Shown: positions 36,244 through 45,887, numbered from the stretch's first letter. The stretch is DNA of 64,000 nucleotides from Minisyncoccota bacterium (GCA_036400935.1 DASWWW010000002.1:63939-127938), one strand, 5' to 3'. The notes: a model not told the origin generated them from the sequence alone. Numbers and translations: made by a program.

Positions 36244-37449
36244 CTACTTGGCGATGGGAAGAGTGACCGTGAATATGCTTCCCTTGCCCTCCTTGCTCGT
36301 CGCGGTGACCGTGCCATTATGCGCCTCGGCGATCCACTTTACGATGGCGAGCCCGAGGCCCGTGCCGCCAGTCTCCTTCGATCGCGAGCTCTCGGCTCGG
36401 TAGAAGCGCTCAAAGATATGAGGAAGCGCCTGTGAAGATATGCCGACGCCGTTATCCTTGATGTCGACAGAGACGCTCTTGGCCGTTTTCCTGCCGCTAA
36501 TCCACACATCGCCATTGTCCTTTCCGTAGCGGATGGCGTTAGCAATGATGTTTGAGAAGAGGCGCTCGATATATCGCTCATCCCCATTCAGGTCGGCTAC
36601 AGGCAAGGTCCCGATATGGATCGAAATGCCCCTCTCCCTGGCGAATGCCTGGTGCCTCTTGGCGATGCGGGTAATGAGCTCCTTCGACCTTATGGTGCGA
36701 TTGACTACGGTGCGATGGAATTCCCCGCCCGTCGTGAGCAGGGCGAGATCGGACAGGAGATTGTCGAGATGCATGACCTCATTGTTGATGGCCTTCAGCG
36801 TCTCCTCAACCGACTGCGCGTCCCGTGTTTTTGCATGCAAGGCGAGATCGACGTTGCCCTTGATGATAGCCAGAGGGGTGCGCAATTCGTGCGCGGCGTC
36901 GGCGATGAACTCGAGCTTTACCTTCTCCTGCTTCATGAGAGCCTCCAGGCGGTTAGCCTCTTCCGCTCGCTTTCGCTCGGTCAGGTCTACGTTCACAGCC
37001 ACCGACGCCACGACATTGCCGTTCTCGTCATGGATAGGCGCGCCAACGGCCTCGTGGATCCAGCGCTTGCCGCTCGGCAGCTCCACCTCGATCTCTACGG
37101 GGTCGGTCTGGCGGTTCTCGGCGATAGCCCGCTGCATAGGCATCTCGGCTCCGGTAATCTGCTTGCCGTTTATGAAATGGCGCAGCTTTCGGCCCGCGAC
37201 GTTATCGTCCTTGAGGGCGTCCATAGAGATGTTGTCTCCCTGGCCCATCTCAAGCTTGTTGAGGATGTACGGATTTCCAGTAATGAACTCGCAGGTCGTA
37301 TCGGTCGAGAAGGTAATGCCCACAGGCAGCGCCTTGAGGAGCGCTCGCAGTCGCTGGGCGGAATCCAAAAGCTTCGGCGACTTGTGAATAGTCAGCGCCG
37401 GCTCCATCTGCTTCTCCTTCGTCTTCTTAGATACGGCCTTTTTCTTCAT
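36244..37449 (-). CDS. Sensor histidine kinase (PAS + HisKA + HATPase)
   Basis: H-box AAHELRTPLAIIKGN. G-box …GGTGLGLAIVK…. Confidence 0.88.
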   Translation of the reverse strand: MKKKAVSKKTKEKQMEPALTIHKSPKLLDSAQRLRALLKALPVGITFSTDTTCEFITGNPYILNKLEMGQGDNISMDALKDDNVAGRKLRHFINGKQITGAEMPMQRAIAENRQTDPVEIEVELPSGKRWIHEAVGAPIHDENGNVVASVAVNVDLTERKRAEEANRLEALMKQEKVKLEFIADAAHELRTPLAIIKGNVDLALHAKTRDAQSVEETLKAINNEVMHLDNLLSDLALLTTGGEFHRTVVNRTIRSKELITRIAKRHQAFARERGISIHIGTLPVADLNGDERYIERLFSNIIANAIRYGKDNGDVWISGRKTAKSVSVDIKDNGVGISSQALPHIFERFYRAESSRSKETGGTGLGLAIVKWIAEAHNGTVTATSKEGKGSIFTVTLPIAK

Positions 37450-37472
37450 AAATGATTGATTGGCTGCGGCTG

Positions 37473-38141
37473 TTAGTCGCGCATCGTGTAGCCGACGCCT
37501 CGGACGGTATGGATGAGGGGTTTTGCGCCCTCAGGATCGATCTTGCTGCGGAGATAGCGCATATGGACGTTGAGCTCGTGATTGTTCTCCTTGTATCCGG
37601 GCTCCCAGGCGACATCGACGAGCTGCTGGCGGGTGATCGCCTCGTTCTTATTTCGTATAAGGAGAAAGAGAAGGCGGTATTCCTTTGGAGTGAGCGGGAT
37701 GACCTTGCCTGCGCGCACGACCTCGTGCTTCTTGCCGTCGACGACGAGATCATCGAGCTTGAGGATGATCGGATCGGTCGTCTTGCGCCTGCGGAGGACC
37801 GCTCGGACGCGGGCAAAGATCTCCTCGATGCCGAAAGGCTTCGTAATGTAGTCGTCGGCGCCGGTGTCGAGGCCGTTTACCCGGTCGACGATGGTCGTTC
37901 GAGCCGTAAGCATGATGACTGGCGTATGGACCGACCGCGCGCGGAGCTCCTTGCAGACTTCAAAGCCGTCCTTTTTCGGGAGCATGACGTCAAGGAGGAT
38001 CAATGCGTAGTTTCCGGTGGACGCCATCTCGAGGCCCTTCTCGCCGTCATGCGCCATGTCTACAGAATAATGTTCGCTGGTAAGCGCCTTCTTTAAAATG
38101 TCGGCAAGCTTCTTTTCGTCCTCAATAACTAATATTCTCAT
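37473..38141 (-). CDS. Response regulator, OmpR/PhoB family
   Basis: MRILVIEDE…LILLDVMLP… receiver domain plus winged-helix C-terminus. Confidence 0.9.
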   Translation of the reverse strand: MRILVIEDEKKLADILKKALTSEHYSVDMAHDGEKGLEMASTGNYALILLDVMLPKKDGFEVCKELRARSVHTPVIMLTARTTIVDRVNGLDTGADDYITKPFGIEEIFARVRAVLRRRKTTDPIILKLDDLVVDGKKHEVVRAGKVIPLTPKEYRLLFLLIRNKNEAITRQQLVDVAWEPGYKENNHELNVHMRYLRSKIDPEGAKPLIHTVRGVGYTMRD

Positions 38142-38348
38142 GATTTTAATATTGTACTATAAATTTAACATTTAGCAATAGTGGAAAAAACCTAAGCAGG
38201 GCCTTATATTAAATACATATTAACTCTATCCACCGAGTTATCCACAGTTTTAAGGGTATTGTAGCCCTATCCCGCCTTTACTTAAATCTATATTAAGAAT
38301 ATATTAAACCTACAGGCGGATTTAAAAGGATTAAAGAAACATTAAATT

Positions 38349-38903
38349 ATGACACTAGCAGAGAAAACATACTTTGAGATCCTCTTAAACCAGGCTCACA
38401 CCACATTTAAGAAGGACCTCCAGCGCTATGCCCTATCGAAGATCGGCAACAAGGCATTGAGCGAGGACCTCGTGCAGGACACATTCGTAAAGACTTGGGC
38501 ATACCTCGCCAAGGGCGGAAAGATCCTCTTCATGCGAGCCTTCCTCTACCGAATCCTCAACAACCTCATCGTAGACGAGTACCGCAAGCGAAAGACCGTA
38601 TCCCTCGACGCAATGTTCAATGACGGATTCGAGCCAGCAGTCGACGACGCCGAGGCTCTCATGGACGCAGCGGACGGAAAGCGCGCACTCGAGGTCGTAA
38701 ACGAGCTCCCAGAGAAATACCAGAGCGTCATGAGCATGCGATTCGAGAAGGATATGTCTCTCGAGGAGATCTCAGCTGTCACGGGCCAGTCAAAGAACAG
38801 CATCACTGTCCAGGTCCACCGCGGCCTGAAGAAGATCAAGTCAATCTACGAGAATCGAGATGCACAGTTCGCAGCGCATTTGGGCAACGCAAGCCACGCT
38901 TAA
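38349..38903 (+). CDS. ECF-type sigma-70 family sigma factor
   Basis: Region 2 …LVQDTFVKTWAYL… and region 4 …MSLEEISAVTGQSKNSITVQVHRGLKKIK. Confidence 0.85.
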   Translation: MTLAEKTYFEILLNQAHTTFKKDLQRYALSKIGNKALSEDLVQDTFVKTWAYLAKGGKILFMRAFLYRILNNLIVDEYRKRKTVSLDAMFNDGFEPAVDDAEALMDAADGKRALEVVNELPEKYQSVMSMRFEKDMSLEEISAVTGQSKNSITVQVHRGLKKIKSIYENRDAQFAAHLGNASHA

Positions 38904-38980
38904 TTGCACGGGCTTTCGTTGATCACAGTTCGGTACAAACAAATACAGAGGCCGTGTCGTAAAGACAAATAGCCTCAGGC

Positions 38981-39008
38981 AGGCGCCCGAAGGGGCGCTT
39001 TTGCTTTG
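38981..39008 (+). terminator. Rho-independent terminator (GCGCCC-gaag-GGGCGC + T-run)
   Basis: Read directly. Confidence 0.55.
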
Positions 39009-39023
39009 CGCCCCTCTCTCCAA

Positions 39024-39052
39024 TAAAAAACACACCGATTAAGGTGTGTTAA
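39024..39052 (-). terminator. Rho-independent terminator (AACACACC-loop-GGTGTGTT + T6)
   Basis: Read on the minus strand after the 39057 stop. Confidence 0.6.
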
Positions 39053-39056
39053 GGGC

Positions 39057-39812
39057 TTAGGCCGCCATCGCGAGCTCCGCCCTGCGGAGGGTTGCCAGGA
39101 CGTCCCGGAGCACGATCTCCCGCTTTTCATCGGCGGAGATGACCTTGCCTGCGGCGTCGGTATTCTTTACTCGGCAGAACCTTGGATGCCACGACCACGA
39201 TCCGATCGTGCGGTCATCCTGCGCCACTGCCTCGAGGATGCTTTCGGAACGATGCGCATTGGTGTACTTCTTGCCGAAAAGCTCGGGGAGCCCTTTGGCA
39301 ATCGTATCCATATGGGTGACGCCCGCGTAGTGGTTTTCGGCCCACTCCCACGGGATGCCCTCCATTCGGAAAAGCGTCTTCGTGATCAGCCACGACACCC
39401 GCTTTGCGAAGTACGCCTCGATATCGAAGAGGCCTCTGTCGGTGGCGACGATCGCCGGCTTGTGCCGGACTTTCGGATACTTTTTCTGAAGCATCCGAAT
39501 GGCCTGGCACGCGCGAATCTCATCGTCGAGATGGGACCCGAGCACGCTGAGCTGAAAGCCCGCCCTGCCGAGGTTCACATAGCTGATGTTGTTGGCAAGC
39601 CGGTCCGTAGCAGCCTCAGACACCGACACCGCGAGATACCCCTCCATATTGAGCTTTGGAAGGATATACGGGGCTGTGGTGGTCGATTTGCCGCTTTCGG
39701 GACCGCCCGTAATAGCATGGAACAGGATGGGGCCGTAGCCTTCCCTGTGAGCAAGCAAAGAAAGAAGCTCTCTGAGGCGAAAGCCTCGGTTGAAGGAACT
39801 GGATGGTTTCAT
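39057..39812 (-). CDS. P-loop NTPase, AAA_28/NadR-kinase-like
   Basis: Walker A ITGGPESGKST. Confidence 0.6.
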   Translation of the reverse strand: MKPSSSFNRGFRLRELLSLLAHREGYGPILFHAITGGPESGKSTTTAPYILPKLNMEGYLAVSVSEAATDRLANNISYVNLGRAGFQLSVLGSHLDDEIRACQAIRMLQKKYPKVRHKPAIVATDRGLFDIEAYFAKRVSWLITKTLFRMEGIPWEWAENHYAGVTHMDTIAKGLPELFGKKYTNAHRSESILEAVAQDDRTIGSWSWHPRFCRVKNTDAAGKVISADEKREIVLRDVLATLRRAELAMAA

Positions 39813-39865
39813 ACTGATGTTAAAAATATATTAAATCAGTGTGAAAGTCAACAGTGGATAACTTT

Positions 39866-40462
39866 TTATTTCTTTGAACGGTTTGCGAAGAGGTAAACGC
39901 CGACGGCAGCGGTCGCGCCGAGGACGTCCATAAGCATGTCTTTCTGAGCGTCCCAAATATCGCCCTGCGAACCGAGAAAAGCGGCTCCCGATTCCCCGCC
40001 ATATGTCGCCGCGTATATCCACTCGATCCATTCATAGAAAACCGCGACAAAAGCCAGGGCAAAAATCGAATACGTTGCTGCGACCCACTTCTTTGCGACC
40101 AATTTACGACTGACAAGATATTCTATGATCGGCAAGGCATAGAATCCTACAGAGAAATGCGCGACGCGATCGAACATGTTTCGCTCGAAGCCGAAGAGGT
40201 TGTTGAACCAGTCGAACGGGACGAGCTCAAAGGTGTAGTGCCCGCCGATAGTGTGAAGAAACGGCAGGATGAAAATGAAAAGGTATGTGGTATTCGAGAA
40301 GCGAACGCCACGGCAATAGAGAAGGACGGCAAAAGCCACGAGCGCGACGATTGGCAGGTTTTCCGCATACCAGACAGTGCGAGAAAACGGATTGACGCCT
40401 GCGATTATGAATTCGACTACGTAGATAGCGAGGAGGATGTGCGGGAAGTATTTTTTGAGCAT
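39866..40462 (-). CDS. polytopic membrane protein, DUF2238/YjdF-like (start taken at MLKKYF)
   Basis: Five or more hydrophobic helices. The upstream 75 codons of the longer ORF are not hydrophobic and overlap a candidate plus-strand small gene. Confidence 0.55.
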   Translation of the reverse strand: MLKKYFPHILLAIYVVEFIIAGVNPFSRTVWYAENLPIVALVAFAVLLYCRGVRFSNTTYLFIFILPFLHTIGGHYTFELVPFDWFNNLFGFERNMFDRVAHFSVGFYALPIIEYLVSRKLVAKKWVAATYSIFALAFVAVFYEWIEWIYAATYGGESGAAFLGSQGDIWDAQKDMLMDVLGATAAVGVYLFANRSKK

Positions 40463-40525
40463 GGGGTAAGTATAGCAGTACAGAGACCACTTGATGCCAA
40501 ACGGAAAAATGCTATCTTTGAATCT

Positions 40526-40729
40526 ATGAGGCCCTTCGTTCTTTCCGTTCTTGCAGAAATGGGCATTCCCGACTGGCCACTTGATAAGGACGGCCTGCCA
40601 ATAGCCAAATGGTCTGATTTCGTGGGCGAAGTCAGAATAGTTTGCCACAGCATGACTGGAAGCATGGCCCGTCACAAGATTCTCCATAAGTGGAAAGCCG
40701 CCCTGCTAGAATTTGATCCTGTTATTTAG
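40526..40729 (+). CDS. candidate small protein (67 aa) followed by a terminator
   Basis: ATG at 40526 in the frame of ORF 40157-40729. Hairpin + T7 at 40739-40768 argues for a plus-strand transcript ending here. Confidence 0.2.
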   Translation: MRPFVLSVLAEMGIPDWPLDKDGLPIAKWSDFVGEVRIVCHSMTGSMARHKILHKWKAALLEFDPVI

Positions 40730-40738
40730 TGATTTTGT

Positions 40739-40768
40739 AGCACCGGGTATATACTCGGTGTTTTTTAT
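40739..40768 (+). terminator. Rho-independent terminator (CACCG-ggtatatact-CGGTG + T7)
   Basis: Read directly. Confidence 0.5.
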
Positions 40769-40869
40769 TTAAAAGCAGGACTCGGTCACGGGTATTTTTC
40801 TACTGAAAAATCCCGCGACCCCGCCTCGCGCCGTCGCGCTCCGGCTTTCTCGTCCTGTAATACCCAACC

Positions 40870-40911
40870 AAACGAAGAAAAGCACCTCTTAAGAGGTGCT
40901 TTTCTTCGTTT
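40870..40911 (-). terminator. 42-bp perfect palindrome hairpin downstream of tRNA-Ala(UGC)
   Basis: aaacgaagaaaagcacctctt/aagaggtgcttttcttcgttt. Confidence 0.55.
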
Positions 40912-40912
40912 G

Positions 40913-40985
40913 TGGACCCTACAGGACTCGAACCTGCCACCCCCTCATTGCAAATGAGGTGCTCTACCAGATGAGCTAAGGGCCC
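40913..40985 (-). tRNA. tRNA-Ala (anticodon UGC)
   Basis: Same acceptor stem as the other tRNA-Ala, with G3:U70. Anticodon loop TT-TGC-AA. T-loop TTCGAGT. Confidence 0.85.
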
Positions 40986-41021
40986 GTATATGCCGTTTTT
41001 ACCGACAAAGGCTATTCTACC

Positions 41022-42008
41022 CTATTTTCCAGCCCTTGCAAGAGTTATGACGTGATCCAGGAATTCGGACATCGAAGAGCCGACCGCATTGATGGATTTT
41101 GGCAGCAGGGATTCGGTCGTGAGGCCAGGCAGCGTATTTACCTCGAGGAAATAAACGCCGCGCTTTGGATGGACGATGAAATCAGATCGAGAATAGTGGC
41201 GCAGGCCGAGTTCGGCATGCACGGCCTGGGACGCCTCCTGGAGGGCGCGCTTTGTCGCCTCATCGAAGTTCCCTGGGCAGATTTCGAGCGATCCCCCGCC
41301 GTATTTTGCCTGATAGTCGAAGAAAGGAGACGCCGAATGCGGCACGATCTCTACGGGGAGCAATGCGTACTGCTTTTCGCCGCGAAAATGATCAAGGACG
41401 CCACAGGTCGCCTCGCGACCCTCGATGAATTCCTCGATGATGATCGAGTCCGAGTGCTCGAGGGCCGCCGCGATCGCCTTCTCAAGGGTGAAGAAGTCGC
41501 GCACGACGGTCACGCCGACGGACGAGCCTGCAGAGAGCGGCTTTACGATCGATGGGTGCGGAATTTCGCGGAAAATCGCGTGAGCGCCCTTGGCTGCGAC
41601 ATCCTCGCGCGTGAAAATCTTGTGCGCCGCCATCTTTACCTTGCCCATGAGCCTCTTCAGGCCGCCTTTGGTCAGGTGCTTGTTCATGGCGATAGCCGAC
41701 GGCAGCGACTGCGAGCCCGTAAACGGGATGCCGAGATGCTCCAAAATGCGCTGGACCTTTCCGTCCTCGCCGAACTGGCCATGAAGGGCCACGAACGCCA
41801 CGTCGGCATGCTTGAGGGCGTCAGCAGGCTTCTTTTCGATGCCGTGGACGTGCCAGACGCCGTCCTTTGATATGAAGATATCGATGCCCTCGTACTTTGG
41901 GGGCAGGTTCTTGAGAACGGTATCGCCCGTCTTGAGCGAGACCTCGTATTCGGACGACGGCCCGCCTCGCAGGACGGCCACTCGGATCTTGTGAGAAGAA
42001 TGCGACAT
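41022..42008 (-). CDS. ddl: D-alanine--D-alanine ligase (start at MSHSSHKIRVAVLRGG…)
   Basis: …RVAVLRGGPSSEYEVSL… and C-terminal …EVNTLPGLT…. The 27 codons upstream of the chosen ATG overlap a divergent promoter. Confidence 0.82.
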   Translation of the reverse strand: MSHSSHKIRVAVLRGGPSSEYEVSLKTGDTVLKNLPPKYEGIDIFISKDGVWHVHGIEKKPADALKHADVAFVALHGQFGEDGKVQRILEHLGIPFTGSQSLPSAIAMNKHLTKGGLKRLMGKVKMAAHKIFTREDVAAKGAHAIFREIPHPSIVKPLSAGSSVGVTVVRDFFTLEKAIAAALEHSDSIIIEEFIEGREATCGVLDHFRGEKQYALLPVEIVPHSASPFFDYQAKYGGGSLEICPGNFDEATKRALQEASQAVHAELGLRHYSRSDFIVHPKRGVYFLEVNTLPGLTTESLLPKSINAVGSSMSEFLDHVITLARAGK

Positions 42009-42115
42009 GCGTTTAGTATAACCTGAAAAGCTGCCGCAGGGTTTCGTTGACAAAACCGATATTTGAACGTAATTTACGAATCGAGACACGTCCCTTCAAC
42101 CAACGCAATTTCCAT

Positions 42116-42706
42116 ATGAGTTCATTTGTTAACGGAGCCGTCGGAGAGGTCCAAGACCTCGCGACCGCGGCAAAAATGCATGCCGAAGGCAAGCTGATTG
42201 CGGTGGAATTTATCCGCCGCATCGAGCTTCAAATTCAAATGTTGAGCGAAGCGCTCAACTTATTCCTAGCGAATCGAGGCCTGCCATTCAGCAGCGGCCA
42301 GCTGTTGGTATTCGCCGAACTCCTCGTCGATGCTGACACGGTCCTAGGCCGTCGCGCTGGCGCAAAGACCGCCATGGTCCATCCAGACCGCGAACTGTAC
42401 GAAAACTACAACGCGGCGGAATGGTTTGCCGTTGCCTCTATCGTGACGCCACTCCACCCCTGGCTTCGCGAAGGCTGGTCACGAGTAGCCTGGAACGAGC
42501 GCACCGAGGGCAGCAGACCGGAAATCATGATGATTCCAGGGCCCGAGCTGAGCAACCGAGTCGAGCAACTGCACCTTATGCTCATCTCAGAGATGCTCAA
42601 GCTCAACGCTCCAGGATGCTATGAGCATATCGGCAGGATAGTCGATGTCGCGAAAAGGATTCAAACGATATTCAAAAGCGCGATCCCGCTCCCTTCCTCA
42701 GCATAG
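42116..42706 (+). CDS. hypothetical protein (196 aa from MSSFVNG…)
   Basis: TTGACA at 42046. A terminator follows. Confidence 0.5.
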   Translation: MSSFVNGAVGEVQDLATAAKMHAEGKLIAVEFIRRIELQIQMLSEALNLFLANRGLPFSSGQLLVFAELLVDADTVLGRRAGAKTAMVHPDRELYENYNAAEWFAVASIVTPLHPWLREGWSRVAWNERTEGSRPEIMMIPGPELSNRVEQLHLMLISEMLKLNAPGCYEHIGRIVDVAKRIQTIFKSAIPLPSSA

Positions 42707-42733
42707 CCGCCGATCATATCGGCGGCTTTTTAT
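42706..42733 (+). terminator. Rho-independent terminator (GCCGCCGAT-cat-ATCGGCGGC + T5)
   Basis: Read directly. Confidence 0.65.
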
Positions 42734-42763
42734 TGCAATATGGACAAATAAAAAAGAGAGCCG

Positions 42764-43339
42764 TTAGCTCTCCTTGGATTGCCGCGGTAACGGCTTTTTT
42801 AACTCAAAGCTGTCGCAGCACATTCCATTTGCCCTATCAAAGCACGTTTTGCAGACATACACCTCATAGACGCCTCCCCAGACATTGATAAGCGCTGAAT
42901 GGGTGGCCTTCGCGGAGGCACCATCAGGACAATCCTTCAAGTGGCATTCGTGCGTTCCGGGAACCAGCGGAAAATTCGGCGAGGAACAGTCTCGGACGCG
43001 ATCCTTGCCGAACAAGCGATTTGCCCTCACGAGCGGCGAAAATCTTCCGATCGGCTTCAGGTCGGTAGGCTCGAAGCAGATGACACGCGGGCAGTTCCGG
43101 TAATTTTCCAAAGTAGGAATACCGCCCTTCCACTCTTCGGCCTCACGAGAGCCGACGAATTTGTAAGCATCGACTTCCTTATCAAAATAGACCGCAATCG
43201 GACCGTCTTCGGGAACCAGATTGCTTGCGACATCAATAACAAGTCCCTCGCATCCGTCAAAACTGGTGCCACACACGACAACAATTGATTCATTAGCAAT
43301 AGCAGGCGGAGTAATCTCCGCAGGAGAAGAGCTAGTCAT
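42764..43339 (-). CDS. Cys-rich hypothetical protein (191 aa, ~17 Cys)
   Basis: CGTSFDGCEG…NCPRVICFEP…THECHLKDCPDG…VCKTCFDRANGMCCDSFEL. The stop codon sits inside the terminator stem. Confidence 0.55.
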   Translation of the reverse strand: MTSSSPAEITPPAIANESIVVVCGTSFDGCEGLVIDVASNLVPEDGPIAVYFDKEVDAYKFVGSREAEEWKGGIPTLENYRNCPRVICFEPTDLKPIGRFSPLVRANRLFGKDRVRDCSSPNFPLVPGTHECHLKDCPDGASAKATHSALINVWGGVYEVYVCKTCFDRANGMCCDSFELKKPLPRQSKES

Positions 43340-43373
43340 AACGAAAATCTACGCTTTTGCGGAGCAAAGTCAA

Positions 43374-44669
43374 TTAGAACTTCCCCTTCCTCGGATTCCT
43401 CATCCTGCGCAATTTTCGATGGTATGAAAGAGAAAATCGGTGCGCTTCATGGTTTGCGAGGAGGATGGATTTCTTGTGCTGCTCGATCAGAGCGGCGCCG
43501 GATTCGTCGCCGAGCAGTCCTGCTGGCTTGTGGCGCTCGTCTTTGACCACGGACACTATCGGGACGTTGATACCGCGCTCCGCGAACACCTTCATGGCGA
43601 GATTGAGCTGGTTCTGGCCGCCATCTATGACCACCAGGTCAGGAGTGCGCCATTCCGGGTGATTGAAGCGCCTCTCGATGATCTCGCGCAGGCTCGCCGT
43701 GTCGTTGTTGCCGATCTCCGGGGACAGCTTGAACTTGCGATACTCATTCTTATCGAGCTCGCCATCCGAGACGACAGTCATGACGCCGGCGCTCTCCTTG
43801 CCGGACATATGCGCGGTATCGTACGCCTCGATGCGGAATGCGCGATTGAGCACGGAACCGTCCGCGCCGATTACCCCGCTGTCATTTGCGCCCGCGGTTC
43901 GGGTAATGAGCTCGACATCCTCCTTGATGAGGGCGATATCACGGATATGGTCGAGGGCGAACATCTTCTGGCGCACCTCGGCGGCCTTCTCGAATCGCAA
44001 TGCCTTGGCATGCTCGTCCATCTCGCGGCCGAGCGCGGCCAGGAGCTTGCCCTTCTTGCCCTCGAAAAAGAGGATGATATGGTCGATATTCTTTTGATAC
44101 TCGATGCGAGCCTCCTCAGACGCAGTATCAGGGGCAAGCCCAAGCTGACGATAGAAGATAGCCGTGTATTTCGACGAGGAATGCTTGTCGATAAACGGAA
44201 ACATTTTGCGGATGATCTTCAGAGCCTCACGCAAGGCAGAACCGTTGGTAAACGGGCCGAAGGTCTTGCGAACCCTGAGCTCCTTCTTCTGGCGCTCGAC
44301 CTCGAGCGTCCTGCCGCGGATGATGAGGATGCGCGGGAACTTCTCTTTGGTTATGACGACGTAGTTAAAGCTGCGATCGTCCTTCTCCTTTACGTTATAG
44401 TCGGGCCAGTGCTTCTTGATGAGGTTTGCCTCGGCGATCATTGCCTCGAGAACCGAATCAGTCTCGACCCACTCGATCGTATCCGACTTGAAAACCATGT
44501 CGACCAATCGCGGCCCGCGGGTATGTATGAGATCCGCGCCGAAATAGCTGCGTACGCGGTCGCGCAGGCTGGTCGCCTTGCCTATGTACAATATTTTCCC
44601 GGCAGATTTCCAGAAGTAGACTCCTGGCGCGTCGGGCATATTGAGCTTTGCGAATTCGGCTATGGTCAT
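43374..44669 (-). CDS. uvrC: Excinuclease ABC subunit C, short form lacking C-terminal HhH
   Basis: GIY-YIG N-terminus (GVYFWKSAGKILYIGKATSLRDRVRSY). 431 aa. Confidence 0.85.
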   Translation of the reverse strand: MTIAEFAKLNMPDAPGVYFWKSAGKILYIGKATSLRDRVRSYFGADLIHTRGPRLVDMVFKSDTIEWVETDSVLEAMIAEANLIKKHWPDYNVKEKDDRSFNYVVITKEKFPRILIIRGRTLEVERQKKELRVRKTFGPFTNGSALREALKIIRKMFPFIDKHSSSKYTAIFYRQLGLAPDTASEEARIEYQKNIDHIILFFEGKKGKLLAALGREMDEHAKALRFEKAAEVRQKMFALDHIRDIALIKEDVELITRTAGANDSGVIGADGSVLNRAFRIEAYDTAHMSGKESAGVMTVVSDGELDKNEYRKFKLSPEIGNNDTASLREIIERRFNHPEWRTPDLVVIDGGQNQLNLAMKVFAERGINVPIVSVVKDERHKPAGLLGDESGAALIEQHKKSILLANHEAHRFSLSYHRKLRRMRNPRKGKF

Positions 44670-44874
44670 ACGCTATTATTCTTGCATTATATCATAAAGT
44701 ATGCTGTAATACTACTTGAACCATGAAAGAATCCCGCTTTTCAGCCGTTTGGCGCCGAAAGCGCGCCAAACGTCCGGAATCTGGTAAAATAAGCCAGGCC
44801 TCCGCCTTTCCGAAACTCCACTCCGTCCGCTCGCGCAGACGTTCCAAACCTTTCAGATCAACCTGTTCCCCACA

Positions 44875-45426
44875 ATGATACCCGTCAACGCAAACACGCG
44901 CTCGCACTACACCGTCGCCGGCCTAGCGCTCGGCCACAAGCTCAGCCCCCGGTCGCGCTATTGGCTCAACAATAGCCTGCGATTCCTCATCAAATGGGGC
45001 ACGATCGCTCTCGTAGTCACAGTCCCCCTACTGGCGGTCCATCCGTTCGTACTCGGACTCTACAAGAGCTATCCGTGGCTGCCCTTCGCTGCCGCCCTCG
45101 GGCCCGGTGCCATCCTGTCGACGATTTACCTCGTCTTCAAGACGCCCAGGGAAACCGCAAGGCTGTCGCCGGAGGACCGCGACGCGATCAACGCGCGACT
45201 CAGGAACTTCTGCCTGCTGTGCGCCTCGATCGCCATGGTAATCCTGGCGATTTCGATGGCGCATCCCATGCTTCGGAGCTTCTACGAGGAGCACGTGCCA
45301 TTGCTTGTCGGTCTTCTCGCCGCCATCCTCGTCCTCCCCGCAACCCTGTACTACTTGGTCAAGATGCCAAGGGGTCAGGCGAAGCGCCATCGGGAAACCC
45401 CCGACCTGGAGGCGCGGACAGCGTAG
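44875..45426 (+). CDS. hypothetical membrane protein (4 TM)
   Basis: Hydrophobic helices. A terminator follows. Confidence 0.6.
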   Translation: MIPVNANTRSHYTVAGLALGHKLSPRSRYWLNNSLRFLIKWGTIALVVTVPLLAVHPFVLGLYKSYPWLPFAAALGPGAILSTIYLVFKTPRETARLSPEDRDAINARLRNFCLLCASIAMVILAISMAHPMLRSFYEEHVPLLVGLLAAILVLPATLYYLVKMPRGQAKRHRETPDLEARTA

Positions 45427-45431
45427 TCACC

Positions 45432-45461
45432 GCAGGCCCCATAAAGGCCTGCTTTTTTATT
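45432..45461 (+). terminator. Rho-independent terminator (GCAGGCC-loop-GGCCTGC + T6)
   Basis: Read directly. Confidence 0.65.
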
Positions 45462-45551
45462 TGACACATTTATAATATGATGTAAAGTATTGAGCGGGAA
45501 ATTCCTTTCCCTTGCACAGTTACAACCCGACAAGTCAGTACCTCACAAACC

Positions 45552-45887
45552 ATGAAGTTCACGCCTTACGGCAAGAAATCGTTCCAACGGCTCAAGAAGG
45601 GCTACATCCTCCTGAAGGACGGCGCCAAGCGCGCGTTCCAGGCCTTCTCGGTCGCGCACGCGCTCGAGGCTATCAAGACAGCGCTCCGTCTCAACGACGC
45701 GAGCCATCCGACCCTCAAGGCAGCAAATGTGGTCAAGGCGTTCCTCGGCAGTCACACGGTCATCGATTTCAGCGCGACCATGTCGAAGGCCCGCAGCGCC
45801 GGCCGCAGCAATCGCTGGACGATTAAGAAGCGCCCCAGCCGCCATCCCAACGCTCCCAGCCGGCGCGGCGCCCTTGCCTTCGCCTAA
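45552..45887 (+). CDS. hypothetical basic protein (111 aa)
   Basis: TATAAT upstream. A terminator follows. Confidence 0.5.
   Translation: MKFTPYGKKSFQRLKKGYILLKDGAKRAFQAFSVAHALEAIKTALRLNDASHPTLKAANVVKAFLGSHTVIDFSATMSKARSAGRSNRWTIKKRPSRHPNAPSRRGALAFA

Noticed and set aside
36533-37455. Two ~280-aa plus-strand ORFs
   Set aside because: Antisense to the histidine kinase gene, whose H-box and G-box motifs are clear on the minus strand.
40157-40729. 190-aa plus-strand ORF
   Set aside because: Most of it is antisense to the DUF2238-like membrane protein's hydrophobic core. Only the 3' 67 codons (40526-40729) are kept as a low-confidence candidate because of the downstream terminator.
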